Of a stretch of 56,594 nt of DNA, positions 38,879-48,995 are shown in pieces (position 1 is the first letter of the stretch; every line of letters starts with the position of its first letter). The translations under genes were made by a program, and so were the position numbers. The notes under the pieces were generated by a model that saw only the letters and a list, made by a program, of their open reading frames with translations, ran no database searches and was not told where the DNA came from. Source of the DNA: Flavobacteriales bacterium (GTDB lineage Bacteria; Bacteroidota; Bacteroidia; Flavobacteriales; BACL11); contig DASCPP010000071.1 in assembly GCA_036012565.1 (NCBI GenBank), forward strand, positions 1-56,594, written 5' to 3'.

Positions 38879-38930
38879 CTTCTTTTTTATTTGTTTGCGA
38901 AATTACAAAACAAAATCAGATATTTGTAAA

Positions 38931-39377
38931 ATGAAAATAAATCCTTTTGATGATAATTTTTTTATGAAAGAGGCGCTAAAAGAAGCTAAAAAGGCGGTCG
39001 AAAAAAATGAGGTTCCCGTTGGGTGTGTAATTGTTTGCGACAATCAAGTTATTGCAAGAGCTCATAATTATACTGAGGCGCTAAATGATGTTACTGCCCA
39101 TGCTGAAATGCAAGCATTTACTTCTGCTGCAGATTATCTTGGAGGAAAATATCTGAATGAGTGCACGCTTTATGTAACTCTAGAGCCTTGCGTGATGTGC
39201 GGGGGAGCATCTTATTGGTCCCAAATTAAAAAGATTGTTTATGGAGCAAAAGATGAAAAAAGAGGGTTTTCCAAATTATCTAAAAATATTTTACATCCAA
39301 AAACTGAAGTTGTTAGTGGGTTACTGCAAGATGAATGCTCTAAATTATTAACTAATTTTTTCAAAGATAAAAGATAA
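38931..39377 (+). CDS. tadA: tRNA adenosine(34) deaminase
   Basis: EVPVG, HAE, TLEPCVMC; start at ATG 38931 (the longer ORF is antisense to aspS). Confidence 0.9.
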   Translation: MKINPFDDNFFMKEALKEAKKAVEKNEVPVGCVIVCDNQVIARAHNYTEALNDVTAHAEMQAFTSAADYLGGKYLNECTLYVTLEPCVMCGGASYWSQIKKIVYGAKDEKRGFSKLSKNILHPKTEVVSGLLQDECSKLLTNFFKDKR

Positions 39378-39412
39378 ATATACGTATTTTTACAAATTAA
39401 AAACTTAAAAAA

Positions 39413-39829
39413 ATGAACTATCCCGAAGGACTATGTGAACCAATGCGTTCTGATTTAACATCAGTAGGATTTGTTGAATTAAAAACTCCAGAGGCTGTTT
39501 CTGAATTATTAGATAAAAAAGAAGGAACAGTACTTGTTATGATAAATTCAGTGTGTGGTTGTGCTGCAGGAAATGCGAGACCTGCTGTAAAGATAACCAC
39601 TCAATTTGACAAGAAGGTAGATGCCTTTGCTACTGTTTTTGCAGGGCAAGATATTGGAGCAACAGCTAAAGCAAGAGAATATATGGCTCCTTTTCCACCA
39701 TCTTCCCCATCAATTGCAGTGTTTAAAGATGGTAAGTTAGCACATTTTATTGAGCGACATCATATTGAAGGAAGGTCAGCTGAAATGATTGCTGATAATT
39801 TGAAAGATTGTTTCGATAACATCTGCTAA
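39413..39829 (+). CDS. BrxA/BrxB family bacilliredoxin (DUF1094)
   Basis: NSVCGCAAGNARP, TVFAGQD, PPSSPS, RHHIEG. Confidence 0.92.
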   Translation: MNYPEGLCEPMRSDLTSVGFVELKTPEAVSELLDKKEGTVLVMINSVCGCAAGNARPAVKITTQFDKKVDAFATVFAGQDIGATAKAREYMAPFPPSSPSIAVFKDGKLAHFIERHHIEGRSAEMIADNLKDCFDNIC

Positions 39830-39830
39830 T

Positions 39831-40071
39831 AGCAATCCTCTGATTTCAACTCTAAAATATTATGGGCAGTTGATGAAATTTCGTCTTTCAGCATTGGAAT
39901 TATACCGATTTAACACTCTCAGTGTATGGCGCAAGTTCAGTATTTGTTTTAGGTATTTGGTTTACACTTAGATCTGTCAAACTATATAATAATACTGACG
40001 ATAATAGCTCATTTACCTACTTGCCTATTATACAAATTATCTATGTGCTGGATAAATTTTTAATGCAATAG
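39831..40071 (+). pseudogene. cyoE: Internally deleted remnant of heme O synthase (protoheme IX farnesyltransferase)
   Basis: One frame gives LISTLKYYGQLMKFRLSAL (N-terminal K.RL motif); a second frame from 39895 gives LSVYGASSVFVLGIWFTLRSVKLY...SFTYLPIIQIIYVLDKFLMQ* (Bacteroidota CyoE-like C-terminus); adjacent to DUF420. Confidence 0.7.
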
Positions 40072-40077
40072 AAAAAG

Positions 40078-40611
40078 ATGAAAAAACAAGATTCAATATT
40101 TGTACCACTGATTATTGCTTTGTCGGTAATTATTCCAATTGCAGTTTCGGTATTAATGTTATTCCCAACTGTTTTTCATATCGAGTCAGAAAGCATTGAC
40201 TTTAGATCATTGCCTTTCTTTCATGCCATCTTGAATGGATCAACAACTGTTTTACTATTCACAGGTTTTATCTTGATAAAAAATAAAAAAACGAATTTGC
40301 ATAAAGCAGCCATGTTATCTGCTTTTGTGTTGTCATCCGTATTTTTAATTTCTTATGTTTTCTCAAAATTAGTACTTGATCACGGAAACACAAAATATTT
40401 AGGAGAATATATAATTACTTATCGTTTCATTCTTATTTCTCACATCTTGTTGTCAATTCCTGTTTTGCCATTGGCAATGTTTTCAATATATAGTGGGTTG
40501 ACTGGTGAAATAGAGAAACACAAAGCTATTGTAAAATGGACTTTCCCAATATGGATGTATGTGGCGATTACTGGTGTTTTGGTGTATGTATTTATGGGGC
40601 CTTATTATTAA
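40078..40611 (+). CDS. DUF420 family membrane protein
   Basis: LPFFHAILNG, HKAAM, FLISY, HILLS, HK.IVKWTFPIWMYVAITGVLVY. Confidence 0.9.
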   Translation: MKKQDSIFVPLIIALSVIIPIAVSVLMLFPTVFHIESESIDFRSLPFFHAILNGSTTVLLFTGFILIKNKKTNLHKAAMLSAFVLSSVFLISYVFSKLVLDHGNTKYLGEYIITYRFILISHILLSIPVLPLAMFSIYSGLTGEIEKHKAIVKWTFPIWMYVAITGVLVYVFMGPYY

Positions 40612-40904
40612 GATTCATTTTTAAGCACAGTAGACACTTTAAAATAGTCAGAATCTTTCTGAGGGGCATTTTTCAAAGCTTCCACTTGTGAGATAACTGC
40701 TCGTATTTCATCTTCCCTCAGTACATTTACTTCTTCACTTAAATAAATAAGCGGTTCAACACCTTCCGTGTCAATCTCACTTAATTTATCTACAAAACCA
40801 ATAATTTTTTCCAAATCAGCTTTCATTAGTTCAGCTGATTTTGCATCAAATTCTAACTTTGCCAAAGCGGCAATATCTTCTATTAGTTTGTTAGTTATTT
40901 TCAT
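40608..40904 (-). CDS. gatC: Asp-tRNA(Asn)/Glu-tRNA(Gln) amidotransferase subunit C
   Basis: IAALAKLEF, IDTEGVEP, LRED, ALKNAP, YFKV. Confidence 0.92.
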   Translation of the reverse strand: MKITNKLIEDIAALAKLEFDAKSAELMKADLEKIIGFVDKLSEIDTEGVEPLIYLSEEVNVLREDEIRAVISQVEALKNAPQKDSDYFKVSTVLKNES

Positions 40905-41625
40905 CTCTTTTCAATTGTTCAAAAATAGTATTGTAAACTGTGTTATTCAAATTTTCTAAGGAATTGTTTTCATTTATTTTAATAGACGAATGAATTTTAA
41001 TCCTTACAATTCCTGGCCTTCCTTTAAAATATTCTTGTGGAAATATTTTTTTATTATCAGCCAAAGTGATTGGTACAATTTTTACACTTTTTTCAATAGC
41101 TAAACGGAAAGGCCCGTTTTTAAATGGTTTTAAAAAAACTTCTTTTTTAGGAATTCCTCCTTCCGGAAAAATACACATACTAATCCCCTCATCTAATTTT
41201 CTTCCTGCCTTAATAAAAGCAGCATAAGTATCTCTTATTTTGCTTCTATCTACAAGTACACTATTGTTTTTATAAAACCAGCCAAATAGGGGAATGCTTG
41301 CAATTTCAGCTTTTCCCATAAATTGTAAAGGGATTGGCAATACTGCCAGAATAAGGGGAATGTCTAATGTAGAAACATGATTAGGACAAAATATATAATG
41401 TTCATCTTTGCTCAACTTTTCTTCCCACTCAACTTTTGGAAAAATAAAGGATAAACAAAGTGTTAGTTTTGACCAATAGCGAGCTAAGTGGCAAACTGTT
41501 TTATGATTTTGACAGATGGAAGTGAAGAAAAAAAGAAGCGGAATAGAAATTAAAAAAACACTAAAAAATACCAGTAAAAACCACAATCGCCAAATTACGC
41601 TAAAAAGATACCCTATCCATTTCAT
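40891..41625 (-). CDS. plsC: Lysophospholipid / 1-acyl-sn-glycerol-3-phosphate acyltransferase
   Basis: NHVSTLD (HX4D), VDR, FPEG, FKNG.F.LA. Confidence 0.88.
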   Translation of the reverse strand: MKWIGYLFSVIWRLWFLLVFFSVFLISIPLLFFFTSICQNHKTVCHLARYWSKLTLCLSFIFPKVEWEEKLSKDEHYIFCPNHVSTLDIPLILAVLPIPLQFMGKAEIASIPLFGWFYKNNSVLVDRSKIRDTYAAFIKAGRKLDEGISMCIFPEGGIPKKEVFLKPFKNGPFRLAIEKSVKIVPITLADNKKIFPQEYFKGRPGIVRIKIHSSIKINENNSLENLNNTVYNTIFEQLKRDENN

Positions 41626-41673
41626 TGGCGCAAAGATAAAAATCCTATTTTTACAACATCAATTTTTCGGAAA

Positions 41674-42642
41674 ATGGCAAGAATACTTACTGGAATACAA
41701 AGCACAGGGACACCGCATCTAGGAAATTTACTAGGAGCAATTATTCCAGCAATAACGTTATCTCAGCAAGATAAAAATGAAAGTTTGTTTTTTATTGCGG
41801 ATTTACACTCTTTTACTACCATAAGAGATGCGGAAAATTTGAAAAACAACACTTATGCAACAGCTGCTGCTTGGCTTGCCTTTGGTTTTGATACGGATAA
41901 AAACTTGTTTTATAGGCAATCAGATGTTACAGAAGTAACAGAGCTTACATGGTTTTTAAACTGTTTTACACCTTTTCCAATGCTTGCAAATGCTCATTCC
42001 TTTAAAGATAAATCGGATAAATTATCGTGTGTAAATACTGGGCTTTTTACTTATCCAGTTTTGATGGCGGCTGATATTTTGTTGTATGATGCTAACATAG
42101 TTCCTGTTGGGAAAGACCAAATGCAGCATTTGGAAATCACTCGTGATATTGCCGGAGCTTTCAATCATAGATATCCAAACTCTTTTGTAATTCCTGAAAC
42201 AAAAGTAGATGAAAGAGTGATGATTGTACCGGGAACTGATGGACAAAAAATGAGTAAATCCTATAATAATGACATTGATATTTTCCTATCGGACAAGAAA
42301 TTAAAGAAGCAAATAATGGGCATAAAAACAGATTCTACACCGATGGAAGAGAAAAAAAATGCGAAGGATTGTAATGTATTTCAATTGTATAGATTATTGG
42401 CTACTGAAAAGCAATCAGAGAATTTAAAAGCAAAATATGCAGCTGGTAATTTTGGTTATGGCTATGCAAAACAAGAACTCTTTGATTTGATTTGTGATAA
42501 ATATACGGTAGAGAGAGAAAAGTTTAATTACCTAATGGAAAACAAAGATATTATTGAAAAAGAACTCCAGAAAGGAGCAGAAAAGGCCAAGGTAATTGCT
42601 CGTGAAGTATTACAAAGAGTAAGAATAAATATTGGCTATTAA
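41674..42642 (+). CDS. trpS: Tryptophan--tRNA ligase
   Basis: TGIQ, HLGN, YPVLMAADIL, VPVGKDQ, KMSKS. Confidence 0.97.
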   Translation: MARILTGIQSTGTPHLGNLLGAIIPAITLSQQDKNESLFFIADLHSFTTIRDAENLKNNTYATAAAWLAFGFDTDKNLFYRQSDVTEVTELTWFLNCFTPFPMLANAHSFKDKSDKLSCVNTGLFTYPVLMAADILLYDANIVPVGKDQMQHLEITRDIAGAFNHRYPNSFVIPETKVDERVMIVPGTDGQKMSKSYNNDIDIFLSDKKLKKQIMGIKTDSTPMEEKKNAKDCNVFQLYRLLATEKQSENLKAKYAAGNFGYGYAKQELFDLICDKYTVEREKFNYLMENKDIIEKELQKGAEKAKVIAREVLQRVRINIGY

Positions 42643-43061
42643 TGATTGATAAGCGAATTATCGATTTTATTAAAGCGCACCACCTTCTTACATTAGCAAC
42701 AAGCAAAGACAACATGCCCTATTGCGCCAATTGTTTTTATGTGTATGATGAAAATAAAAATTGGCTAATTTTTTCTTCTGATACCAAAACCAAACATGCC
42801 CAAGATTTTATAGCAAACCCAAATGCGGCCGGAACCATTGCACTAGAAACAAAAGAACTAAGTAAAATACAAGGGGTGCAATTAATGGGAGAAATTATAG
42901 AATTAAAAGGGGAGAACTTAGAAAAATCTAAAAAGCAATACCTAAAAGAATTTCCTTATGCTAGAATAATGAAGCCACAACCTTGGGCAATGCAACTAAC
43001 ATTTATTAAAATGACTCACAATAAATTGGGATTTGGAAAGAAATTGGTTTGGAAGAAATAA
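42642..43061 (+). CDS. Pyridoxamine 5'-phosphate oxidase-like protein (YhbP/UPF0306)
   Basis: HHLLTLAT, PYCANCFY, T.H, AGTI, IQGVQ, N.LGFGKKL.W. Confidence 0.85.
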   Translation: MIDKRIIDFIKAHHLLTLATSKDNMPYCANCFYVYDENKNWLIFSSDTKTKHAQDFIANPNAAGTIALETKELSKIQGVQLMGEIIELKGENLEKSKKQYLKEFPYARIMKPQPWAMQLTFIKMTHNKLGFGKKLVWKK

Positions 43062-44327
43062 CTATCTGTTTCGATACTTCTCAAAAAGTTCCTTTTGGTG
43101 ATTGTTTAAATCTATTGGCTTTCCTTTAATAAAAGCATTCTCCACATTGTTTGTTCTCATGTCTAGTGCATCCCCTGTGCTAATAAAAAAAGTAGCCTCT
43201 TTTCCATGTTCAATGGAGCCAACTTGCGTATCTATTCCTAAAATTTTGGCGGTATTTAAAGTAATTGCAGAAATGGCATCTTCATAATCCAGACCATAAG
43301 CCACAGTAGTACCGGCTGAAAAGGGCAAGTTTCTGGCACCCATTGCTTCCATATCTCCTTCATAGCTAAGACAAAACAAAATCCCTGCTTCTTTTAATTT
43401 TTTACTTTGTGTAAACGGTTCATCAATGGGGCTATCTTGGCTTTCAGGAAGCCGGTGCACCCTATTTAAAATTAAGGAAATATTTCTTTCTTTCAGTAAA
43501 TCCACAATTTCTAAGGCATCTTCTGCCCCAATAATTACTACTTTTTTGATGTGTAATTCGCTTGTCATTTTAATTGCTTTTCGCATATCTTTGGCATAAT
43601 TGGCATGTATGTAAAGCGTTTTACTTCCACTAAAAAGCCCTTTCATACTTTCCATTCGCAAATCCATAATATTAGCCGATTTGGCATAGACCTCTGCTTT
43701 TGTAAAAAAGGTTTTTATTTCGCCAATACGCTTATTGTATTTCTCATTTTTCTTATTTTCTCCTGGCTCTGCCCACCAACCACTATAATGATAAGAATTA
43801 GGCCAATTCAGATGCAAGCCATCATCCGCCCTAAGCACTGCATCTTCCCAATTCCACCCATCTAATTGAGTTACAGAAGATTGCCCAGAAATGGTTCCTC
43901 CTCTTGGAGTAACTTGGGCTATAAGCACTCCATTGCTTCTAATGGTTGTAATAATTTTTGAATCGGTATTATAAGCAATAAGTGAGCGAACATTCGGATT
44001 AAGTGCTCCCGTTTCTCTATAATCATGCGTAGCCCTTACCTGCCCAATTTCAGTAATTCCTAAGGTAGTATTTGGTACAATAAAAGCAGGGTAAATATGC
44101 TTTCCGTTTAGCTTGATTATAGTGTCGTAAGTAGTAGGGTCTATTCGGATAATACTTGCGTCAGATACCAAAGAGAATTTTCCATCTTCCACACTTATGG
44201 CAGAGTTCTCAATTTTCAATCCGTTTCCTAAATGAGCTATACCGCCCAAATACAAAACATGACTTTGTGCAAAAATAGTTTGTACAAAAGCGATACAGAA
44301 TATAAATACAATCATTTTTCTTATCAT
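43062..44327 (-). CDS. Secreted amidohydrolase-family protein (lacks HxH motif)
   Basis: Signal peptide, GKHIYPAFI, ITLNTAKILG, VGSIE.GK.A. Confidence 0.82.
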   Translation of the reverse strand: MIRKMIVFIFCIAFVQTIFAQSHVLYLGGIAHLGNGLKIENSAISVEDGKFSLVSDASIIRIDPTTYDTIIKLNGKHIYPAFIVPNTTLGITEIGQVRATHDYRETGALNPNVRSLIAYNTDSKIITTIRSNGVLIAQVTPRGGTISGQSSVTQLDGWNWEDAVLRADDGLHLNWPNSYHYSGWWAEPGENKKNEKYNKRIGEIKTFFTKAEVYAKSANIMDLRMESMKGLFSGSKTLYIHANYAKDMRKAIKMTSELHIKKVVIIGAEDALEIVDLLKERNISLILNRVHRLPESQDSPIDEPFTQSKKLKEAGILFCLSYEGDMEAMGARNLPFSAGTTVAYGLDYEDAISAITLNTAKILGIDTQVGSIEHGKEATFFISTGDALDMRTNNVENAFIKGKPIDLNNHQKELFEKYRNR

Positions 44328-47299
44328 GGCTCTAAGGTGTCACAATGGTATAGTTTTTCTTCTTTTTTTTCTGGCTTCTTCTTTTTACCTTTATCACTTA
44401 TCATTTTTTTAATGATACGCATTCTCTCCCCCAAATTTTGCTCTCTTAATTGTATATCTCTATCCTTATCAAATAGGCAAATACCATCCACATAAGTTTG
44501 TTCTGCTTTAGCGTAAACCGATAAAGGATTATTGGACCAGATGACAATATCGGCATCTTTCCCCACTTTTATGGAGCCCATTCTGTCTTCCAAATGCAAG
44601 AGTTTTGCAGGATTAAGTGTAATCATTTTCCAAGCATCTTCCTCAGTTGTTGCCCCATATTTCACTGCTTTTGCAGCTTCCTGATTTAGACGCCTTCCCA
44701 TTTCGGCATCATCCGAATTGATGGCCGTAACCACCCCAGCATTATTCATCAATGTCGCATTATAAGGAATCGCATCATTCACTTCAAATTTGTATGCCCA
44801 CCAATCAGAAAAAGTAGAGCCGCCTGCTCCATGTTTGAGCAATTTGTCGGCTATTTTAAAGCCTTCCAATATATGGGTGAAGGTATTAATGGAAAAACGC
44901 ATGGAATCCGCCACATGCATTAGCATATTTATTTCTGATTGTACATAGGAATGACAAGTAACAAATCGTTCACTTTTCAAAATTTCAACCAGTGCATTAA
45001 GTTCTAAATCTTCTCTTGGCGATTCTGATTTTCTTTTCATTCCACTTGGCATGGCATTATACAAATCCCACTCCAATTGGTAAGTTCTTGCTCTGTAAAA
45101 TGCATCATAAAAAACTTGCTCAACCCCCATTCTGGTTTGTGGGAATCGCACCTTATTAAAATTGCCCCAATTGGATTGTTTTACATTTTCGCCTAATGCA
45201 AATTTGATAAAACCATCCGCTCCATCAATTTTCATTTCTTCTGCATTACTTCCCCATCTTAGTTTTATCAGAGCTGATTGCCCACCAATAGGGTTAGCCG
45301 AACCATGCAAAAGTTGTGAAGTAGTAACTCCTCCTGAAAGCTGACGATAAATATTAATATCATTTGCATTTATTACATCTCCTATTCGCACCTCAGCTGT
45401 AACCGCTTGACTGCTTTCATTTACCCCTCTTCTAATGGCAATATGGGAATGTTCATCAATTATACCACAAGTGATGTGCTTGCTGCTCGCATCAATTGTT
45501 TTTACGGGGACCTCTTTATCTAAAATTTCAGAAAGATCAATTTCTTTTCCAATTGCAATAATTTTTCCATCTTTTATTACAACATCAGTATTTTCCAATA
45601 TTCCTTCTGATTCGTTTGTCCACACTGTCGCATTTTTGAAAATGATAATTTCATCTGAGGGTTTTTGTATAAATCCATAAGCTTTATTGGGCATCCAGAT
45701 TTTCGGGATAATACTATCTGTTTCTACTTTTATCTCTTTTTTCTTTTCTACAAAAAGAGAATCACGCACCATTAAAAAATTATGGAAGATACCATCTGCA
45801 TCTTGATATCTTCCGCTTATTTTTCCAGCAGAGAAAGTTCCAGCCAAACGAAAATCACCATCCTTTGTATTTACATTTATTTCATTATCAGAAAGAGATG
45901 TTTTAAGTGCTAATGAGTCCAACAAAAAGATGGTTGCTTTTGGCTTTTCCTTTGTTCCTTTAATTGCTGCCAACTTATTTTCCAACTCATCAGAACTAAA
46001 AGTGTAAAACCCTCTCACATCAAGTTCTTGTTTTTTATTTACCTCATATTTTTTCCCAGCAACCCAATTTTCATAAATAACGCCATCTTCAAAAATATCT
46101 TTTGAGCAAATAATAAAATTAGCAAACTTATCAGATTCAATACTCCCAATTAAGTTTTTCGCATTCACAAATTGAGCTGGAATTGTTGTTAAAGCAGCAA
46201 GCGCATCCTTTTTAGAAAGGCCTTTTTTTACAGCTTTTCGCAAATGAGTCAGAAAATCTTTAATATTTTTGTACCCCGAACTTGTAAGCGAAAATGTAAT
46301 GTCATTATTGGCTAAAATAGTAGGATTATAAGGGGCATTTTCCCAATGTTTTAGTTGCTCGAGTGTAATATTTTCAGCTTCCTCTGGATTGCTAACTTCA
46401 TAACTTTTAGGAAAGTTAAGCGGTAAAATAAAAGAGAATCCGCTTTCCTTAATTATCCCCAACTGCTGATACTCATCTCCATTTCCTTTGATGATATAGT
46501 CCACTTCAAATTCATCTGCTATTTTATAAATTCGTGAAATATCAAAAGCATCTTTTATTTCAAAAATTTGTGGTAAATCTTGGTGGTTATTAAACGCTTC
46601 AAACGAATAGTTAATATTTTCAACTCCTTGTCCATACCACTCTGCATCCAAATAAGTTTGCCTAAACAGAGCAATGCTTCCCATAAGTGAAGTGGGGTAT
46701 CTCTGGCTAGAACTCCCTTTATTAAAAGAGTAGTGAGCAGCAGCATTTTTTATCAAAATGTTTTGATGCTCCCTTTCTTCCGAGAGCAAAACCAATCCGC
46801 CAGTTCCTCTTAGAATTCCATCTTGTTGGTGGCTAAGAACTGTGCCAAATCCGACACTTCTTAAGCTTACCGCTTTTGCTCTATCATTTTTAAAATAATT
46901 TGTAGCAATAATTTCTGGGTGAATGGCCTGGTTCCAATGGAAGGCCCCCTCTTTTTTACTAGTATATTGCGGAAGATTGGAGTATTCCCTTTCTTTTGTT
47001 TTTGGCAAACCGTATTGACTGTTCAGGTCAATAAAAGAAGGATAAATATAATCACCTTTTAAATCTTTTATTATTGCATCTGTTGGTATTTGCACTCCAG
47101 TATCTGCTTCCAGAATTTTATTTCCTTGAATGAGCAAAATTCCATTAGGAATTTCATTGTCTGCATTTACAATGTGTGCATTGATAAAAGCATAAATAGG
47201 TTGAAATTCGGTAGCGACTCCATTTACAGGAAATGTTTCTTGCCCAAAAGAAGGAAAGCAAAAATTGAAGAGCAAAATAATAAAGATGTATTTTTTCAT
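44324..47299 (-). CDS. Secreted two-domain amidohydrolase-family protein
   Basis: Signal peptide SFG|Q; two amidohydrolase units, the second with GIIDEHSH, HGSANPIGG, NSDD, GSIKVGKDAD; start moved to ATG 47299. Confidence 0.85.
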   Translation of the reverse strand: MKKYIFIILLFNFCFPSFGQETFPVNGVATEFQPIYAFINAHIVNADNEIPNGILLIQGNKILEADTGVQIPTDAIIKDLKGDYIYPSFIDLNSQYGLPKTKEREYSNLPQYTSKKEGAFHWNQAIHPEIIATNYFKNDRAKAVSLRSVGFGTVLSHQQDGILRGTGGLVLLSEEREHQNILIKNAAAHYSFNKGSSSQRYPTSLMGSIALFRQTYLDAEWYGQGVENINYSFEAFNNHQDLPQIFEIKDAFDISRIYKIADEFEVDYIIKGNGDEYQQLGIIKESGFSFILPLNFPKSYEVSNPEEAENITLEQLKHWENAPYNPTILANNDITFSLTSSGYKNIKDFLTHLRKAVKKGLSKKDALAALTTIPAQFVNAKNLIGSIESDKFANFIICSKDIFEDGVIYENWVAGKKYEVNKKQELDVRGFYTFSSDELENKLAAIKGTKEKPKATIFLLDSLALKTSLSDNEINVNTKDGDFRLAGTFSAGKISGRYQDADGIFHNFLMVRDSLFVEKKKEIKVETDSIIPKIWMPNKAYGFIQKPSDEIIIFKNATVWTNESEGILENTDVVIKDGKIIAIGKEIDLSEILDKEVPVKTIDASSKHITCGIIDEHSHIAIRRGVNESSQAVTAEVRIGDVINANDINIYRQLSGGVTTSQLLHGSANPIGGQSALIKLRWGSNAEEMKIDGADGFIKFALGENVKQSNWGNFNKVRFPQTRMGVEQVFYDAFYRARTYQLEWDLYNAMPSGMKRKSESPREDLELNALVEILKSERFVTCHSYVQSEINMLMHVADSMRFSINTFTHILEGFKIADKLLKHGAGGSTFSDWWAYKFEVNDAIPYNATLMNNAGVVTAINSDDAEMGRRLNQEAAKAVKYGATTEEDAWKMITLNPAKLLHLEDRMGSIKVGKDADIVIWSNNPLSVYAKAEQTYVDGICLFDKDRDIQLREQNLGERMRIIKKMISDKGKKKKPEKKEEKLYHCDTLEP

Positions 47300-47384
47300 T
47301 AAGTAAAAATTCAAGCCGTGAATTTACAGATTTTTTACAAAGTGTCAGGTATTTCAAAATTCATTTGATAAAAAATGGGTATAT

Positions 47385-47825
47385 TTGTCAAAACTAGAAC
47401 CTCAATTTGTGTCATTAACAATTCATCATCTCCTACCATATTTGCTAATTCCTATTCTAATTTTGACGGTTGGTAAATCTTTTTTAGTTGGATTTATGGG
47501 AAAAGATTTATGTCTAAAAAAATGGAAGCTTACCTCCATTAGTATGATTTTGGCTCATCTGCAATTGGTATTTGGGATATTAGTATTTTCAAAATTTGCT
47601 TTTTCTAATCCTGTATGGGTGGCTATTATGAAAAATGCAGAAAGTAGAGAAATTTTTGTGGAACACCCTTTTATGATGCTAGTGGCAGTTATTCTAATTT
47701 CAGTTGGAAAGGTGAAAGCTAAAAAAATAGAAGATAATACTAAATCGGCTAAAACAACTTTTACTTATTTTTTCATAGCACTTGCACTTATTTTGCTTAG
47801 CACACCTTTTGATAAATTATTTTAA
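47385..47825 (+). CDS. Conserved 4-TM membrane protein
   Basis: AHLQLVFG and VEHPFMM motifs; start uncertain (TTG 47385 overlaps a TATATTTG element; GTG 47409 is an alternative). Confidence 0.7.
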   Translation: MSKLEPQFVSLTIHHLLPYLLIPILILTVGKSFLVGFMGKDLCLKKWKLTSISMILAHLQLVFGILVFSKFAFSNPVWVAIMKNAESREIFVEHPFMMLVAVILISVGKVKAKKIEDNTKSAKTTFTYFFIALALILLSTPFDKLF

Positions 47826-48995
47826 TTGGGAAAAGAAAAAGCAATTCTTATAGGAGTAATTACTCCTGAACAAGACAAAAATCAGGCAGAAGAATATTTA
47901 GAGGAATTGGCTTTTTTGGCCAAAACTGCTGGGGCAATTCCAGTAAAAAAAATAACCCAAAAACTTGCTGTTCCTAACAATAAAACTTTTATTGGAAAAG
48001 GGAAAATTGAAGAAGTAAAAGAAATAGCTAGAGAACTGGAAGTACAACTCATTATATTTGATGATGACCTTAGTCCCATGCAACTAAGAAACATTGAAAA
48101 GGTTTTAGAATGCAAAATACTAGATAGAAGTGATTTGATATTAGATATTTTTGCCTCCCGTGCTAGAACAGCAAATGCAAAAACTCAAGTGGAGCTTGCC
48201 CAATATCAGTATCTGTTGCCCCGACTTACCAGAATGTGGACTCACCTTGAAAGACAAAAAGGAGGTATTGGAATGAGAGGGCCTGGGGAAACCCAGATAG
48301 AAACAGACAGACGGATTATAAACCAAAAAATATCCTTACTAAAAAAGCAGTTGGAAAAAATTGATAAGCAAAAAATTATCCAACGAAAAGGTAGAGGAAA
48401 TATGATAAGGGTAGCAGTTGTTGGCTATACCAATGCTGGAAAATCAACCCTGATGAATCAACTGAGTAAGTCGGAAGTATTTGCAGAAAATAAATTGTTT
48501 GCCACCCTTGATACAACCATTCGGAAAGTAGTTATAGAGAATCTCCCATTTTTACTTGCTGATACCGTTGGCTTTATTCGCAAACTACCTCATCAACTTG
48601 TCGAATCCTTTAAATCGACCTTAGATGAGGTGCGCGAATCTGATTTGCTTTTACATGTAGTTGATATTTCAAACCCTAATTTTGAGAGTCAAATAGAGGC
48701 GGTAACCCAAACCCTTGCTGAGATTGGGGCAAGTGAAAAACCCATGGTTTTGGTGTTTAATAAAATGGATGCTTTTAGCTATATAGAAAAAGAGGAAGAC
48801 GATTTGACCCCTAAAACAAGAGAGAATTTTCCCTTAGAAGATTTGCAGAAAACATGGATTGCAAAAATGGAAGAAAACACTATTTTCATCTCGGCACTTA
48901 AGAAAACCAACTTTGAGCAACTTAGAAAATTGCTTTATGAAAAAGTAAAAGCACTACATATAAGAAGGTATCCTTACAACAACTTTTTGTACTAA
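47826..48995 (+). CDS. hflX: GTPase HflX
   Basis: GPGETQIE, GYTNAGKS, LFATLD, DTVG, NKMD. Confidence 0.96.
   Translation: MGKEKAILIGVITPEQDKNQAEEYLEELAFLAKTAGAIPVKKITQKLAVPNNKTFIGKGKIEEVKEIARELEVQLIIFDDDLSPMQLRNIEKVLECKILDRSDLILDIFASRARTANAKTQVELAQYQYLLPRLTRMWTHLERQKGGIGMRGPGETQIETDRRIINQKISLLKKQLEKIDKQKIIQRKGRGNMIRVAVVGYTNAGKSTLMNQLSKSEVFAENKLFATLDTTIRKVVIENLPFLLADTVGFIRKLPHQLVESFKSTLDEVRESDLLLHVVDISNPNFESQIEAVTQTLAEIGASEKPMVLVFNKMDAFSYIEKEEDDLTPKTRENFPLEDLQKTWIAKMEENTIFISALKKTNFEQLRKLLYEKVKALHIRRYPYNNFLY

Noticed and set aside
38625-38930. N-terminal extension of TadA in the ORF track
   Set aside because: It is the antisense shadow of aspS; deaminase similarity begins at ATG 38931
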